Below are positions 52,664-62,999 of a stretch of 64,000 nucleotides of DNA, piece by piece (position 1 is the first letter of the stretch; the number at the start of each line of letters is the position of its first letter). Both the position numbers and the translations under genes were made by a program. This DNA is from Hemiscyllium ocellatum (taxonomy: Eukaryota), in the NCBI RefSeq assembly GCF_020745735.1, contig NC_083428.1, positions 29,202,001 to 29,266,000 on the forward strand, in the 5' to 3' direction. The notes below the pieces were generated by a model, which had not been told where the DNA came from, ran no database searches, and was given only the letters and a program-made list of their open reading frames with translations.

Positions 52664-55140
52664 ATTTCAGATCCTAACCACTCACTGCATGAAAAAGCTT
52701 TTTCTCATATTGTTTTTTGCATTTTTTGTAAATTGCTTTATGTCTGTGCCCTTTCATTCTCTATCCTTTTACAGATGAGAACAGTTTCTTCCTATCTACA
52801 CCATGATTTTCAACACCTCTTTCAAATTTCCTCTTCACCTTGTCTTCTCTCAGGAAATAAATCCCAATTTCTCCAATTCTTCATAGCAAAAGTTTTCCAT
52901 CCTTGGAAATTCTTGTAAATCTCATCTACACTCTCTCTAATAGGTTCACCCCCATCCTAAGGTGTGATGCCCAGAAATAATATTTCAATTTAGGTCCAAA
53001 TAATGTCTTATACAGGTTCAGCATAGCCTCGTTGTACTCTACCACAATTAATAAAGCATCTATATGCTTTATAGATCATTCTCTCCACCTGTAATAACTT
53101 ATGCACATATACATCCAGAACCCTCTGTTGTTGCACACACTTTCTAGTCATAGTACCCTTCTTTTTACAGTGTTATCATGTCACACTTCTCCACACTGAA
53201 CCTTATTTGCCACCTAACTGCCTCATCCACCAACTTGATAATGTCCATAAGATCATATGATGTGGGGCAGTGATAAACCATTTGGTCTGTCAACCCAGTG
53301 AGATCATGGCTGATCTGACAATCCTCAATTTCACTTTCCTGCCTTTTCCCAATAATCCCAGATCTCCTTACTGATAAATAGTCAATCAGTTCATCGGCCC
53401 TTCTTTCAGTTCATCAGATGAGAGTGTCTATTTCAGTCTTGAATATTCTTTAGGACACAGCCTCAACAGCGCTCTACAGTTAAAAATCCCATTGATTCAC
53501 TTCTCTCTTAAATAGGCAAGTCCTTACTCAGATTTTGAAAAATGCAATTCAGGAGAGCTCATCCAGAATTTGAACCCGGGATCTATTGTGTACTCATTCA
53601 CAAAGTCAAAGTCATAGACTTTTACAGCATGGAAAGAGGCCCTTTGGCCCATTGTGTCCATGTCTGTCATCAAACTATTCTAACTGCATTTTCCAGCACT
53701 AGGTCTACAGCCTTGTACACTATGGCAATTCAAGTTTTCCCTTAAATAGTTCTTAACGTCTTGAGGGTTTGTGCCTCTACCACACTTTCAGCAGCAAGTT
53801 CCAGATACCCACAACCTTCATTTTCTTCAAATGGCTTCTAATTCTCCTGCTCCTTACCTTCAAACTGTGCCTACTGGCTATTGACTCTCTAGGGGGAAAG
53901 GTTTGTCCCTAATTACACTGTCTGTGCCACTCAGAGCTTTGTACACCTTAATCCTCATTTAGCCTTCTCTGCTCTAAGGAAAGTAACCCCAACCTATGCA
54001 GTCTCTCTTCATAGTTGAATCACACCAGTCAAAGCAACATCAGGGCGAATCTCTCCGCATGCTCTCTAATGCAATCACATCCTTCATATAATGAGGCAAT
54101 CAGAACTGCACCAAGTACCCCAGCTGTGGCCTAACTAACACTACTGCTCTAACATAACCTCTTTACTCTTGTATTTAATGACATAACTGATAAAGCAAAT
54201 ATTCCATATGCCTTCTTAACCACTTTATGTATCTCTCCCGCTGCCCTTAAATATCCAATGGAAATGCACACCAAGGTTCCACTGATCCTTTGTATTTGCT
54301 AGGGTTCTAACATTCAATGTGTATTCCCTTGCCTTGTTAAACCTCCCAACATGCATCACTTGATACTTTTCAGGATTAAGTCCCATTTGCCAGTGTTCAG
54401 CCCATCTGATTAGATTGTCTTTATCATCCTGTGATCTAAGGCTTTCCACGTCGCTATTTACCACATCACTAATTTTCAAGTCATTAGCTAAATTACTGAT
54501 AATATTTCCTACATCACTTAATGTACACTTTTAAAAAAAAGCAAAGGACTCAGCACCAAACTGTGTAGTACGCATTGAACACAGTCTTCCAGTCACAAAA
54601 ACACCCTTAGACTATCACCCTCTGATTTTTGCCACTAAGCCAATTTTGGATCCAATTTGCCACACTGCCTTCCATGGGCTCTTAATTTATTAGCCAGTTT
54701 GCTTTGTGCGACCTTGTCAAAAGCCTTACTAAAGTCCATGTAGACTATATCAATTGCACCATCCTCATCGACACAGCTCATCACCTCCTCAAAAATTTAA
54801 ATCACATGTGTATGGAATGAGCTGCCAGAGGAAGTGGTGGAGGCTGGTACAATTGCAACATTTAAAAGGCATTTGGATGAGTATGTGAATAGGAAGGGTT
54901 TGGCGTTTCCATGCTGTACATCTCTATGATATGGTCTTCCTCCACAAGAAACTGCTTATACCTCCTCTGTCTCAATGCTAATTTATTCAAGTATATCACA
55001 GGTCTCCACCTTGAATTCTGGACTTACACTGCTCTTTTCTATAATGAATATGAATGCAAAATACTCATTTAAAAGTTCTGCTACAGACCCGAACGGGTCC
55101 AACTTTTTCCCTACACTACACAATTCACTACACATCCCTA
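52664..55140 (-). mobile_element. Cluster of old CR1 fragments (with a plus-strand CR1 tail at ~54806-54930)
   Basis: WAEHWQM..NPEK..VMH.G RT motifs and CR1 tails. Confidence 0.75.
53554..53596 (-). pseudogene. 3' half relic of a tRNA-Pro-like sequence
   Basis: Minus strand ...TCCCGGGTTCAAATTCTGGATGAGCTC resembles tRNA-Pro 3' end TCCCGGGTTCAAATCCCGGACGAGCCC; 5' half absent. Confidence 0.5.
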
Positions 55141-55271
55141 AGCAATGATTGTCGATATTTTTCATCAACATGTTCAGACAAGGAATGGAACAGATAGATT
55201 TTGAATTTGAATGAGAATTTGAACCTGGGCTTTCTGGCCAACATTTTCCCTACATTGCATGGCTGCATAAC

Positions 55272-55367
55272 GATTCCTGAAGAAGGTCTTATGCCCGAAA
55301 CATCGATTCTCCTGCTCCTCGGATGCTGCCTGGCCTGCTATGTTTGTCCCGCACCACATTTTTCAAC
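55272..55367 (+). mobile_element. Family-A mini-element (short form)
   Basis: ATTC-CTGAAGA-AGGTC-TTAT-GCCC-GAAACATC; ends at cacatttttcaac. Confidence 0.8.
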
Positions 55368-55387
55368 CCAAGGAGTCAGTCATAAAG

Positions 55388-55460
55388 TTGAGAACATTGA
55401 CACTGATCCCACTACCCATCACATGCTAAGCGAGTACTCTACCATTTGAGCTGTCATTCT
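55388..55460 (-). pseudogene. Degenerate tRNA-Ala(AGC) pseudogene
   Basis: 73-nt minus-strand AGAATGACAGCTCAAATGGTAGAGTACTCGCTTAGCATGTGATGGGTAGTGGGATCAGTGTCAATGTTCTCAA is colinear with vertebrate tRNA-Ala-AGC; acceptor stem and T arm are broken. Confidence 0.75.
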
Positions 55461-55959
55461 GAAGTTCTACATCACCCTCCTCATGCTTTCCAATGCTTCC
55501 AAATGCTAAAATCCTGCTCCTGATCCCTATCCAGATTGAATGCATCTCATCTGTGTTGCCCCTTTTTGTAACCACAATCACACAATTCATTAAGATAGCA
55601 TAAGACTACCAAGTATCTGAAAAACACAGTCGTGAAAGAAAAAAAATCCTAAAGAAGAGGAAGTAAGAACTTATCAAGCAGAGAAGAAAATTCGATTGCG
55701 CATTCTATCGTCCATTAGAATCATCTTTATATAAACATATAAAAGACTCAAAAAGCTGTCAAATTACAGGCAAACGTGACTGGATCACAATTTAACCAAG
55801 GCCTGATTTCATGCTAGATTCTTCTGTTCTGCAGCCAGAAATAAATCAGGAAACACAGTTGCTCCCCACCTGACCTGAGCAGTAAAATTATCCCCATTTG
55901 CCATTTCCCAGACAGAGACATAGTAATTAATTATACACACACCTCAGTGACAATCTTCT

Positions 55960-56470
55960 GGCAGTGCGACAGGCCCCGGCTCACGGATGGCCAGGCCCCG
56001 GCTCCAGGGGGGGGAGGGACAAGATGGGACAGGCCCCGGCTAACGAACTGACAGGAGAGACCTCGGCTGCAGTGGGGGAGGAGCAGAACAGGACCCGCTT
56101 CGAGTGGGGGAGGGGTGGGACTGGCCCTGGCTAACGGTCGGACAGAATAGGCCTCGGTACAGTGGGGGAGGGGGTGGGAGTGGATCGGCCTCGGTACAGT
56201 GGGGGAGGGGTAGAACCGGCTCTGGCTAACGGTCGTTGCCGCCCAGTTGGCCCCGCCCCTACTGGCGGGATGTGCCTTCCTCTGATTGGTGGGTCCTCCG
56301 TCAATCACAGTTTCCCCGCCCCCTTCGGTTGCTGTGGAAACCTCGCTGCGGACTTTCCCCGAGAGTTGGGGGCTGAGCCCTGGGCCTGAGGTGTGGCTGC
56401 AGCATCCCAATCACCGAAAGCACCTTCCCCGCAGGCTGGAAGCTGCTGGTACTGACTTCAAAGGGTGAGA
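55960..56470. promoter_or_regulatory. Second CpG-rich, probably bidirectional promoter (GC boxes, CCAAT, RFX X-box)
   Basis: CCCCGCCCC at 56251-56259 and 56314-56322; ATTGG at 56285-56289; GTTGCTGTGGAAAC at 56328-56341; candidate donors on both strands (minus GAG|GTGTGT at 55943, plus AGG|GTGAGA at 56464). Confidence 0.6.
55968..56232 (+). repeat. Degenerate GC-rich minisatellite (ggcc(c/t)cgg(c/t)..cagtgggggagg units)
   Basis: Repeated gacaggccccggct and ggcctcggtacagtgggggagggg units. Confidence 0.7.
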
Positions 56471-56498
56471 GGCTGCTTCTCAGCACCATATTAAAACA

Positions 56499-56603
56499 GG
56501 GCCCTTGTGATGCGGTGGTAATATCCATACATCTGCGCCAGGAGTCCCGGGTTCAAATACCTTCCAGCCTAGAGGTGTGTAAGAACATTTCTGAACGGAT
56601 TGA
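56499..56603 (+). mobile_element. tRNA-headed SINE relic interrupted by the family-C insertion
   Basis: A-box-like tgatgcggtgg and B box GGTTCAAATACC at ~56550-56561. Confidence 0.55.
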
Positions 56604-57187
56604 GTTAAAAAATCACACAACACCAGGTTATAGTCCAACAGGTTTAATTGGAAGCAGACTGGCTTTCGGAGTGACGCTCCTTCATCAGGTGGTTGTGGAG
56701 GGCTCGATCCTAACACACAGAATTTATAGCAAAAATTTACAGTGTGATGTAACTGCAATTATACATTGAAAAATTGATTGTCAGTTAAGCCTTTCATCTG
56801 TTAGGATATAGTGATAGTTTCACTTCTTTCATGTGTAAATCACAAAACCCTTCTTTTTAAATCTGCATTCTTGGGTTACCTGCTAACAATGGTGATAGCA
56901 ACTTTAAAAAGAAGGGTTTTGTGATTTACACATGAAAGAAGTGAAACTGTCACTGTATTCTAACAGATGAAAGGCATAACAGACAATCAATTTTTCAATG
57001 TATAATTGCAGTTACATCACACTGTAAATTTTTGCTATAAATTCTGTGTTACGATCGAGCCCTCCACAACCACCTGATGAAGGGGCGTCACTCCGAAAGC
57101 CAGTGTGTTTCCAATTAAACCTGTTGGACTATAACCTGGTGTTGTGTGATTTGTACACCCCAGTCCAACACAGGCATCTCCAAATCA
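56604..57187. mobile_element. Fold-back PLE pLTR insertion (family C) inside a tRNA-headed SINE
   Basis: Arms 56610-56861 and 56903-57152; TSD tgaacgga(a)ttga (56592-56603, 57188-57200); hammerhead motifs at 57071-57105 (+) and 56657-56691 (-). Confidence 0.85.
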
Positions 57188-57749
57188 TGAACGGAATTGA
57201 TTACAAGATACCTCAAATTGAGCTCAATGCTTTCACAATGTCTGTGAAGGACTAAAACATCCCATGTTACTTTGCAGAGATTAATACCAAACCACATAAG
57301 GAGGTGTTAGATGAGAACATCAACGATTTAGCCAATGAGATAGGTTTTAAAGAGTGTCTAAATGAGGTCAAGAGATATAGGAAGGGAATTCTGCTGTGTG
57401 GAGTGCAAGGCATAGCCACCAATAGAGGAGCAGTTTAAACTAGCACTGCCCAAGATACTAGAATTCAGGAAGGCATGATGGAAAGTCATCAAAAGAAAGT
57501 TACAGCACCTAAAGAGGCAGGTTGTATTTGCCAAGTGTGTGCTGCTTCATGAAGGTTTCTGCCTAAAATACCCTTTCAGGCAATGAATTACAGATTAAAG
57601 TTTCCCTCAAAACGTCTTTAAACCTGTTATTTTCAATGTATGCTACCTAGTATTGGATCCCTTAATCAATCCGAATAGAGCCCACACACCAATCCACTCT
57701 ACCCAGACACTAGGTCACGTTGCAGCTTCTCTGTTCCAAGGACAATAAC

Positions 57750-58062
57750 ATTAGATTAGATTAGATTACTTACAGTGTGGAAACAGGCCCTTCGGCCAAC
57801 AAATCCACACCGACCCTCCGAAGAGCAACCCACCCATTCCCCTATATTTACCCCTTTACCTAACACTACGGGCAATTTAGCATGACCAATTCACCTGACC
57901 TGCACATCTTTGGACTGTGGAAGGAAACCGGAGCACCCGGAGGAAACCCACGCAGACACGGGGAGAATGTGCAAACTCCACACAGTCGCCTGAGTTGGGA
58001 ACTGAACCCGGGTCTCTGGCGCTGTGAGGCAGCAGTGCTAACCACTGTGCCACCGTGCCGCC
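57750..58062 (-). mobile_element. HE1-type SINE
   Basis: Same family, (ttaga)n tail. Confidence 0.9.
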
Positions 58063-58856
58063 ATGAACCTATTCAATCTTTACTCATAAATAAAATTCTC
58101 CAGCCCAGGCAACATGCTATTAAATTTGCTCTGTACCCCATCCATCATCATTTTATCTATGGTGTGGTGAGTAGAATTGCATGCAGCACACCTAATTATT
58201 GTTTCTGCAGTTACAGCAAAACTTCCGTACTCTAATTTTGTGTTGTCTCTACTTAAAAAGGCAAGTATCCTGAACATCACTTGACCACGTAATTGCTTGT
58301 ACAGCCACTTTAAGGAATCTCTGGAAATACATTGCCAAGGCCCCTCTATTCCTCAAAACCTCTTAATATCCTACAATTTATTGTATATGTTCTCGACATT
58401 TTAGCCTCATACTGATCCAGGTTGAGCACTGTTTATCACTGTTCTCACCACCTAATTAGATTTCTCATAAATGCGTGCAGTACTTTTTTTCATTATCAAC
58501 TATTGGAAAATGCTCGTATCATCAGCATGTGTTACTCTTTCAAGTCCAAACCAGTAACAATTATTCTTTAAAAAAATACCAAGGACTTAGTATTGAGTCC
58601 AATAGAATTTTGCTGGAAACAGCCTTACAGTAACACAACTAGCCACTGACCATTACCCTTTGTTATGAAGTTGAAGGTGTGTACTGTACCTTTAAGAGAG
58701 AGAATGCTATTCTGAATTGAGAGATTACAAGCATCTGTGTATGTGACCAAATGACAGTCCTAGAGTGTAATGGAAAATTGAAAATATGTAAAATTTGGCT
58801 GTGAAAAGGATACCTGGGTTTTGGTTGCTCTTTTGACAACAATTCAAATTTAACAG

Positions 58857-59007
58857 ACGGCATGGTGGCACAGTGGATAGCACTGGTGCCTCACAGTGCC
58901 AGAGACCCGGGTGCAATTCCCACCTCAGGCAATTGTCTGTGTGGAGTTTGCACGTTCTCCACATGTCTGTGTGGGCTTCCTCCGGGTGCTCCGGTTTCCT
59001 CCCACAG
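58857..59007 (+). mobile_element. HE1-type SINE, 3'-truncated
   Basis: Head and core only. Confidence 0.85.
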
Positions 59008-59623
59008 TTTGGATGTAACTTGCCACTTTGGATCTCATGAGCTTTTACTTTTGTCACCCTATCAAAAATTTTGGAAGGATCCATTTGAACTTTATCATAT
59101 GCATTGTCTGATTGACTCTCCTTATTACTTACTATTTGCAAAAAAAATCATGTGAATCAGACATTCCCTGAACAAATCCATGTTGATTGCTTTTGATTCA
59201 TCTGTATCTTTCTAAATGACGATTTCGTTTTGATTTTGTCCCTCATTATTTTTCCAATAATTGTCCGACAGAAGTCAGGCTGACTCACTTATAATTATTT
59301 GGTCTATCCTTTTCTCCCCTTTTAAATATTAAATATTAGAACTTCCTCTCTCACTGTTATTTCTTCTAATATTGTTGCACCACTCCCCAATTAAATGTCT
59401 GTATCATTCTCTTTTATGAAAATTGACATAAAATATTCAGCATGAACCATGTCGTGTCCTCTGCCGAAACACATTAGTTAGTTTATCATTATCTTAGCCA
59501 TATGGTCTGTAACAAACATTACTCTTTGGTTATTCTCTTTCATTTTATCAATGTATATAAAGTTCTTTGGGTTTTCATGATCTTACTTGTCAATTTTATT
59601 TCATTGTTTTCTCTTGCTTTGCT

Positions 59624-60392
59624 ATTGCATTTTGGGAAAGCAAATCTTAGCAGGACTTATACACTTACTGGTAAGGTCCTCGGGAGTGTTGTTGAACAAA
59701 GACACCTTGGAGTGCAGGTTCATTGCTCCATGAAAGTGGAGTTGCAGATAGCTAGGATTGTAAAGAAGGCGTTCAGTATGCTTTCCTTTATTAGTCAGAG
59801 TATTGAATACAGGAGTTGGGAGGTCATCTTGCACTTTACAAGACATTGGTTAGGCCACTTTTGGAATATTGTGCTGAATTCTGATCTCCATCCAATTGGA
59901 AAGATATTGTGAAACTTGAAAGGGTTCAGAAAAGACGTTGCCAGTGTTGGAGGATTTGAGCTATTTGAGGTTGAATAGGTTGTTTTTCCTGGAGCATTGG
60001 AGACTGAGGGGTGACCTTATAGTGGTTTATAAAATCATGGGGGACATGGATAGGATAAATAGACAAAGTCTCTTCCCTGAGGTGGGAAAGTCCAGAACTA
60101 GAGGACATAGGTTTAGGGTGAGAGAGGAAAGACATAAAAGAGACCTAAGGGGCAACACTTTCACGCAGAGGGTGGTGCATGTATGAAATGAGCTGCCAGA
60201 GGAAGTGGTGGAGGCTAGTATGATTGCAACATTTAAAAGGCATCTGGAGGGATATACGAACAGGAAGGATTTGGAGGGATATCGGCCAGGTGCTGGCAGG
60301 TGGGACTAGATTGATTTGGGATATCTGGTCGACATTGACTAGTTGGACCGTAGGGTCTGTTTCGGTGCTTATGCATCTCTATGACTCTATGA
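59624..60392 (+). mobile_element. Young CR1 3' fragment inserted in an older minus-strand CR1 (~58060-62100)
   Basis: HFGKANLSRTYTL.GK.LGSV motif shared with the 44071 ORF. Confidence 0.9.
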
Positions 60393-60853
60393 TTCTAATT
60401 CCCTTTTTAATTGCACCCCTTCCATTTTTAAGCTTTAGATCTTTCAGTTGTTTTGAGAGGTTTTGAGACTGAACTGTCTGTTACAAGCTTCCTTCTGGTT
60501 CCCATTTTTATCCATTTCTTTATGTCTTTAGGTGTTCTGATATTATAGTTACCATCTTTTTTCTTCCAGAGAGCACACTGGCTTCACTATTTCTCCCTGG
60601 AATGTCTCCCATTAATCTGGCACTGAATTCTGTTCAGGTAGTTGTTTCTAATCTCCCCTAGCTGAATCACATCTCCATTTAGTAAAATTAACTTTTCATA
60701 AGTTTAGAATTATTATACTTAGTAGAACATTGTCCTTTACCATAACACCCCTAAATCTAATTGAATTATGAACACTTCACCAATACGTTCCCTAAAACAA
60801 AGAGCAGAACCGCTTCTTTCTGGACTTATTACATTCTGGCTAAAAAACTCTTC

Positions 60854-61588
60854 ATTGGATGTGGGTTTGCTCGCTGGAAGGCTCGTTTTTTTTTGGATGT
60901 TTCATCACCATGAGCCTCCAAATGAAGCACTGGTGGCATAGCCCGCTTTCTATTTATGTGTTCAGGTTTCCTTGTGTTTGTGATCTCATTTCCTGTGGCA
61001 ACGTAATTTCCAGTTCTTTTTTGCAAGGAGTGGTAAATGTGATCCAAGTCAATTTGTTTGTTGATAGAGTTCCAGTTTATAAAATTTATAAAAATACCTC
61101 GCAAGAACTGAAACAAACACTACATTGGACAAACAGGCAGAAAACTAGCCACCAGGATACATGAACATCAACTAGCCACAAAAAGACATGATCCACCCTC
61201 ACTAGTATCCTAACATAAGGATGAGGAAGGACACCACTTCAACTGGGACAACACATCCATCCTAGGACAAGCCGAACAGAGACATACGCGAGAATTCCTA
61301 GAAGCATGGCATTGCAACCAGAACTCTATCAACAAATACATTGACTTGGGATTCCATTTCCCACCCCCATAGAAAAAGAACAGGAAATGACATCATCAAA
61401 GGAAATGACACCACCAACCCAAGGAAACCTAAACACATAAATAGAAAGCAGGCTAGGCTTCATCTGGTGGCTCACTGACTATGTAACCTAGTATGGTGAC
61501 AAAATGTCTGAAAACAAACCTTCCAGCTCAGCGAGCAAACCTATATGCACAACCTTCACCTGAGCTACAAAGCTTCTCAAAACTCGCT
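60854..61588 (+). mobile_element. Older fold-back Penelope-like insertion (family B-related) with GIY-YIG domain remnant
   Basis: 61085-61350 reads IYK../HYIGQTGRKLATRIHEHQLATKRHD..HHFNWDNTSILGQAEQRHTREFLEAWH; left part 60857-61075 is an inverted copy; TSD-like aaaactcttc at 60844-60853 and 61589-61598. Confidence 0.85.
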
Positions 61589-62999
61589 AAAACTCTTCTA
61601 TATTTATTTTGAGAATTGTGCTTTTCATATTAATAATAATGCAATTAAAATTAGGATACTGTTATTGAAATACTCCAGTACCATTGTCTGGATGTTCCTG
61701 CATCTCCAAGTGATTTGCCTGCATATGTGCTCATCTATCACCATCTGACTGCTTGTGGCAAGCTGGGGGTAGATCTATTATTCACTCCTCGTCGTGTGAT
61801 TAACCTCTTGTTGTTCTTCAGCTTAATCCATATGACCTAATTAGTTGCTTCTTCTACAGGTATCCCTAGTCAAAGCTAGGATTTTTCCTTCAATCACCAC
61901 TGTGGCCCCTTTCTCTTTTAGCCTCCTCTACATGTTGTCTGAAAACTGTGTGACTATCATTCTTGCCTTTGTTTCAGCCATGTTTCAGTAATAGTTGTAT
62001 TGTCATATTCTGACTTGCCATTCTAGGCTCTTGGCTTTTCTGTTTGTTTCTGCATTGAATTTTGCACGGTTTAAGACTGCTAAACCTCCTTGTCTATTTT
62101 CTAACCTGTTTTCTCTGCCTTCCTAACCTGAACCTGTTAATGGCCACTATGACCAGGCCCAGAAGCAGTCCCACAAGGAGGCACTTTGATTTGTCTGCCC
62201 CTCCCCACACAGGATCAGCATATTAGTTTCTCATTGCTCCCTTTAGAAAGAGATAGGGTGAAAGTACAGAGAGTGATGTGGAAACAAGGACGGGAATTTT
62301 AACATTGGGGTATTGCATAACTAGGAGCAATGCAGTGATTCATGATTGGGACTCAGTCTGAGTTAACACATGGGTAGCAGACGTTTGAATGACCTCAAGC
62401 CTGCAAAAGGTGGAATGTGGGAGCTAACCAGGAGATTGTTGGAATGATCAAATCCAGATGTACCAAAGGCATAGTTGAGGATATCAGCTGCAGATTAGCG
62501 GGTGCAAGGTGTTCCATAAAATGTTACAGAAGTGAAATTGGTGGTGAAGGTGATCTTAGAATGGTTATAACACAAAAGGATTATGCTACACTTGCACTTT
62601 ATAGCTGTCTAGTGATCAACTAGCCCACTCTCTTGCCCTTTGCCTATAGCCCCGCATAATTTTGTTCTCTTCAGATAATTATTCAATTCCTTTTAGATTG
62701 AATCTGCCTTCACCACCCTCTTAGACAATGCATTCCAGAACCTAACTATTTATGTGTGAAACTAAAGTTATTTTTCCTCTTGTTGCTATTGATTCTTCCC
62801 CTTTCCACCAATGAAGACAATTTGTTCCTGTCTACCCTGTTCAGGTCACCCCAGATGATGCTATTTTAATTTAACCAGTTTCCATTTCCTTATATACGTT
62901 GCATTAGCATTAATTTGTATTAAGGGCGTGTGCCCTATATGCTTCTAAACCTTTCCTCTTCATTTATCTTTTAACTGTTGTCATTATAACTGCATTAAT

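Larger units (their letters stand above)
29720..55970 (-). pseudogene. Putative decayed multi-exon gene or lncRNA. Candidate exons: ...55943, 48791-48658, 48350-~47778, 47119-46755, 45890-45616, 38518-38374, 33575-33376, 32680-~32327, 30300-30224, ~30100-29720
   Basis: Non-repeat segments bounded on the minus strand by polypyrimidine-AG acceptors and GTAAG/GTATG-type donors; protein-like but interrupted by stops and frameshifts; product not identified. Confidence 0.4.

Noticed and set aside
55931-56410. 159-aa minus-strand ORF
   Set aside because: Product of a GC-rich minisatellite and promoter; no recognisable domain
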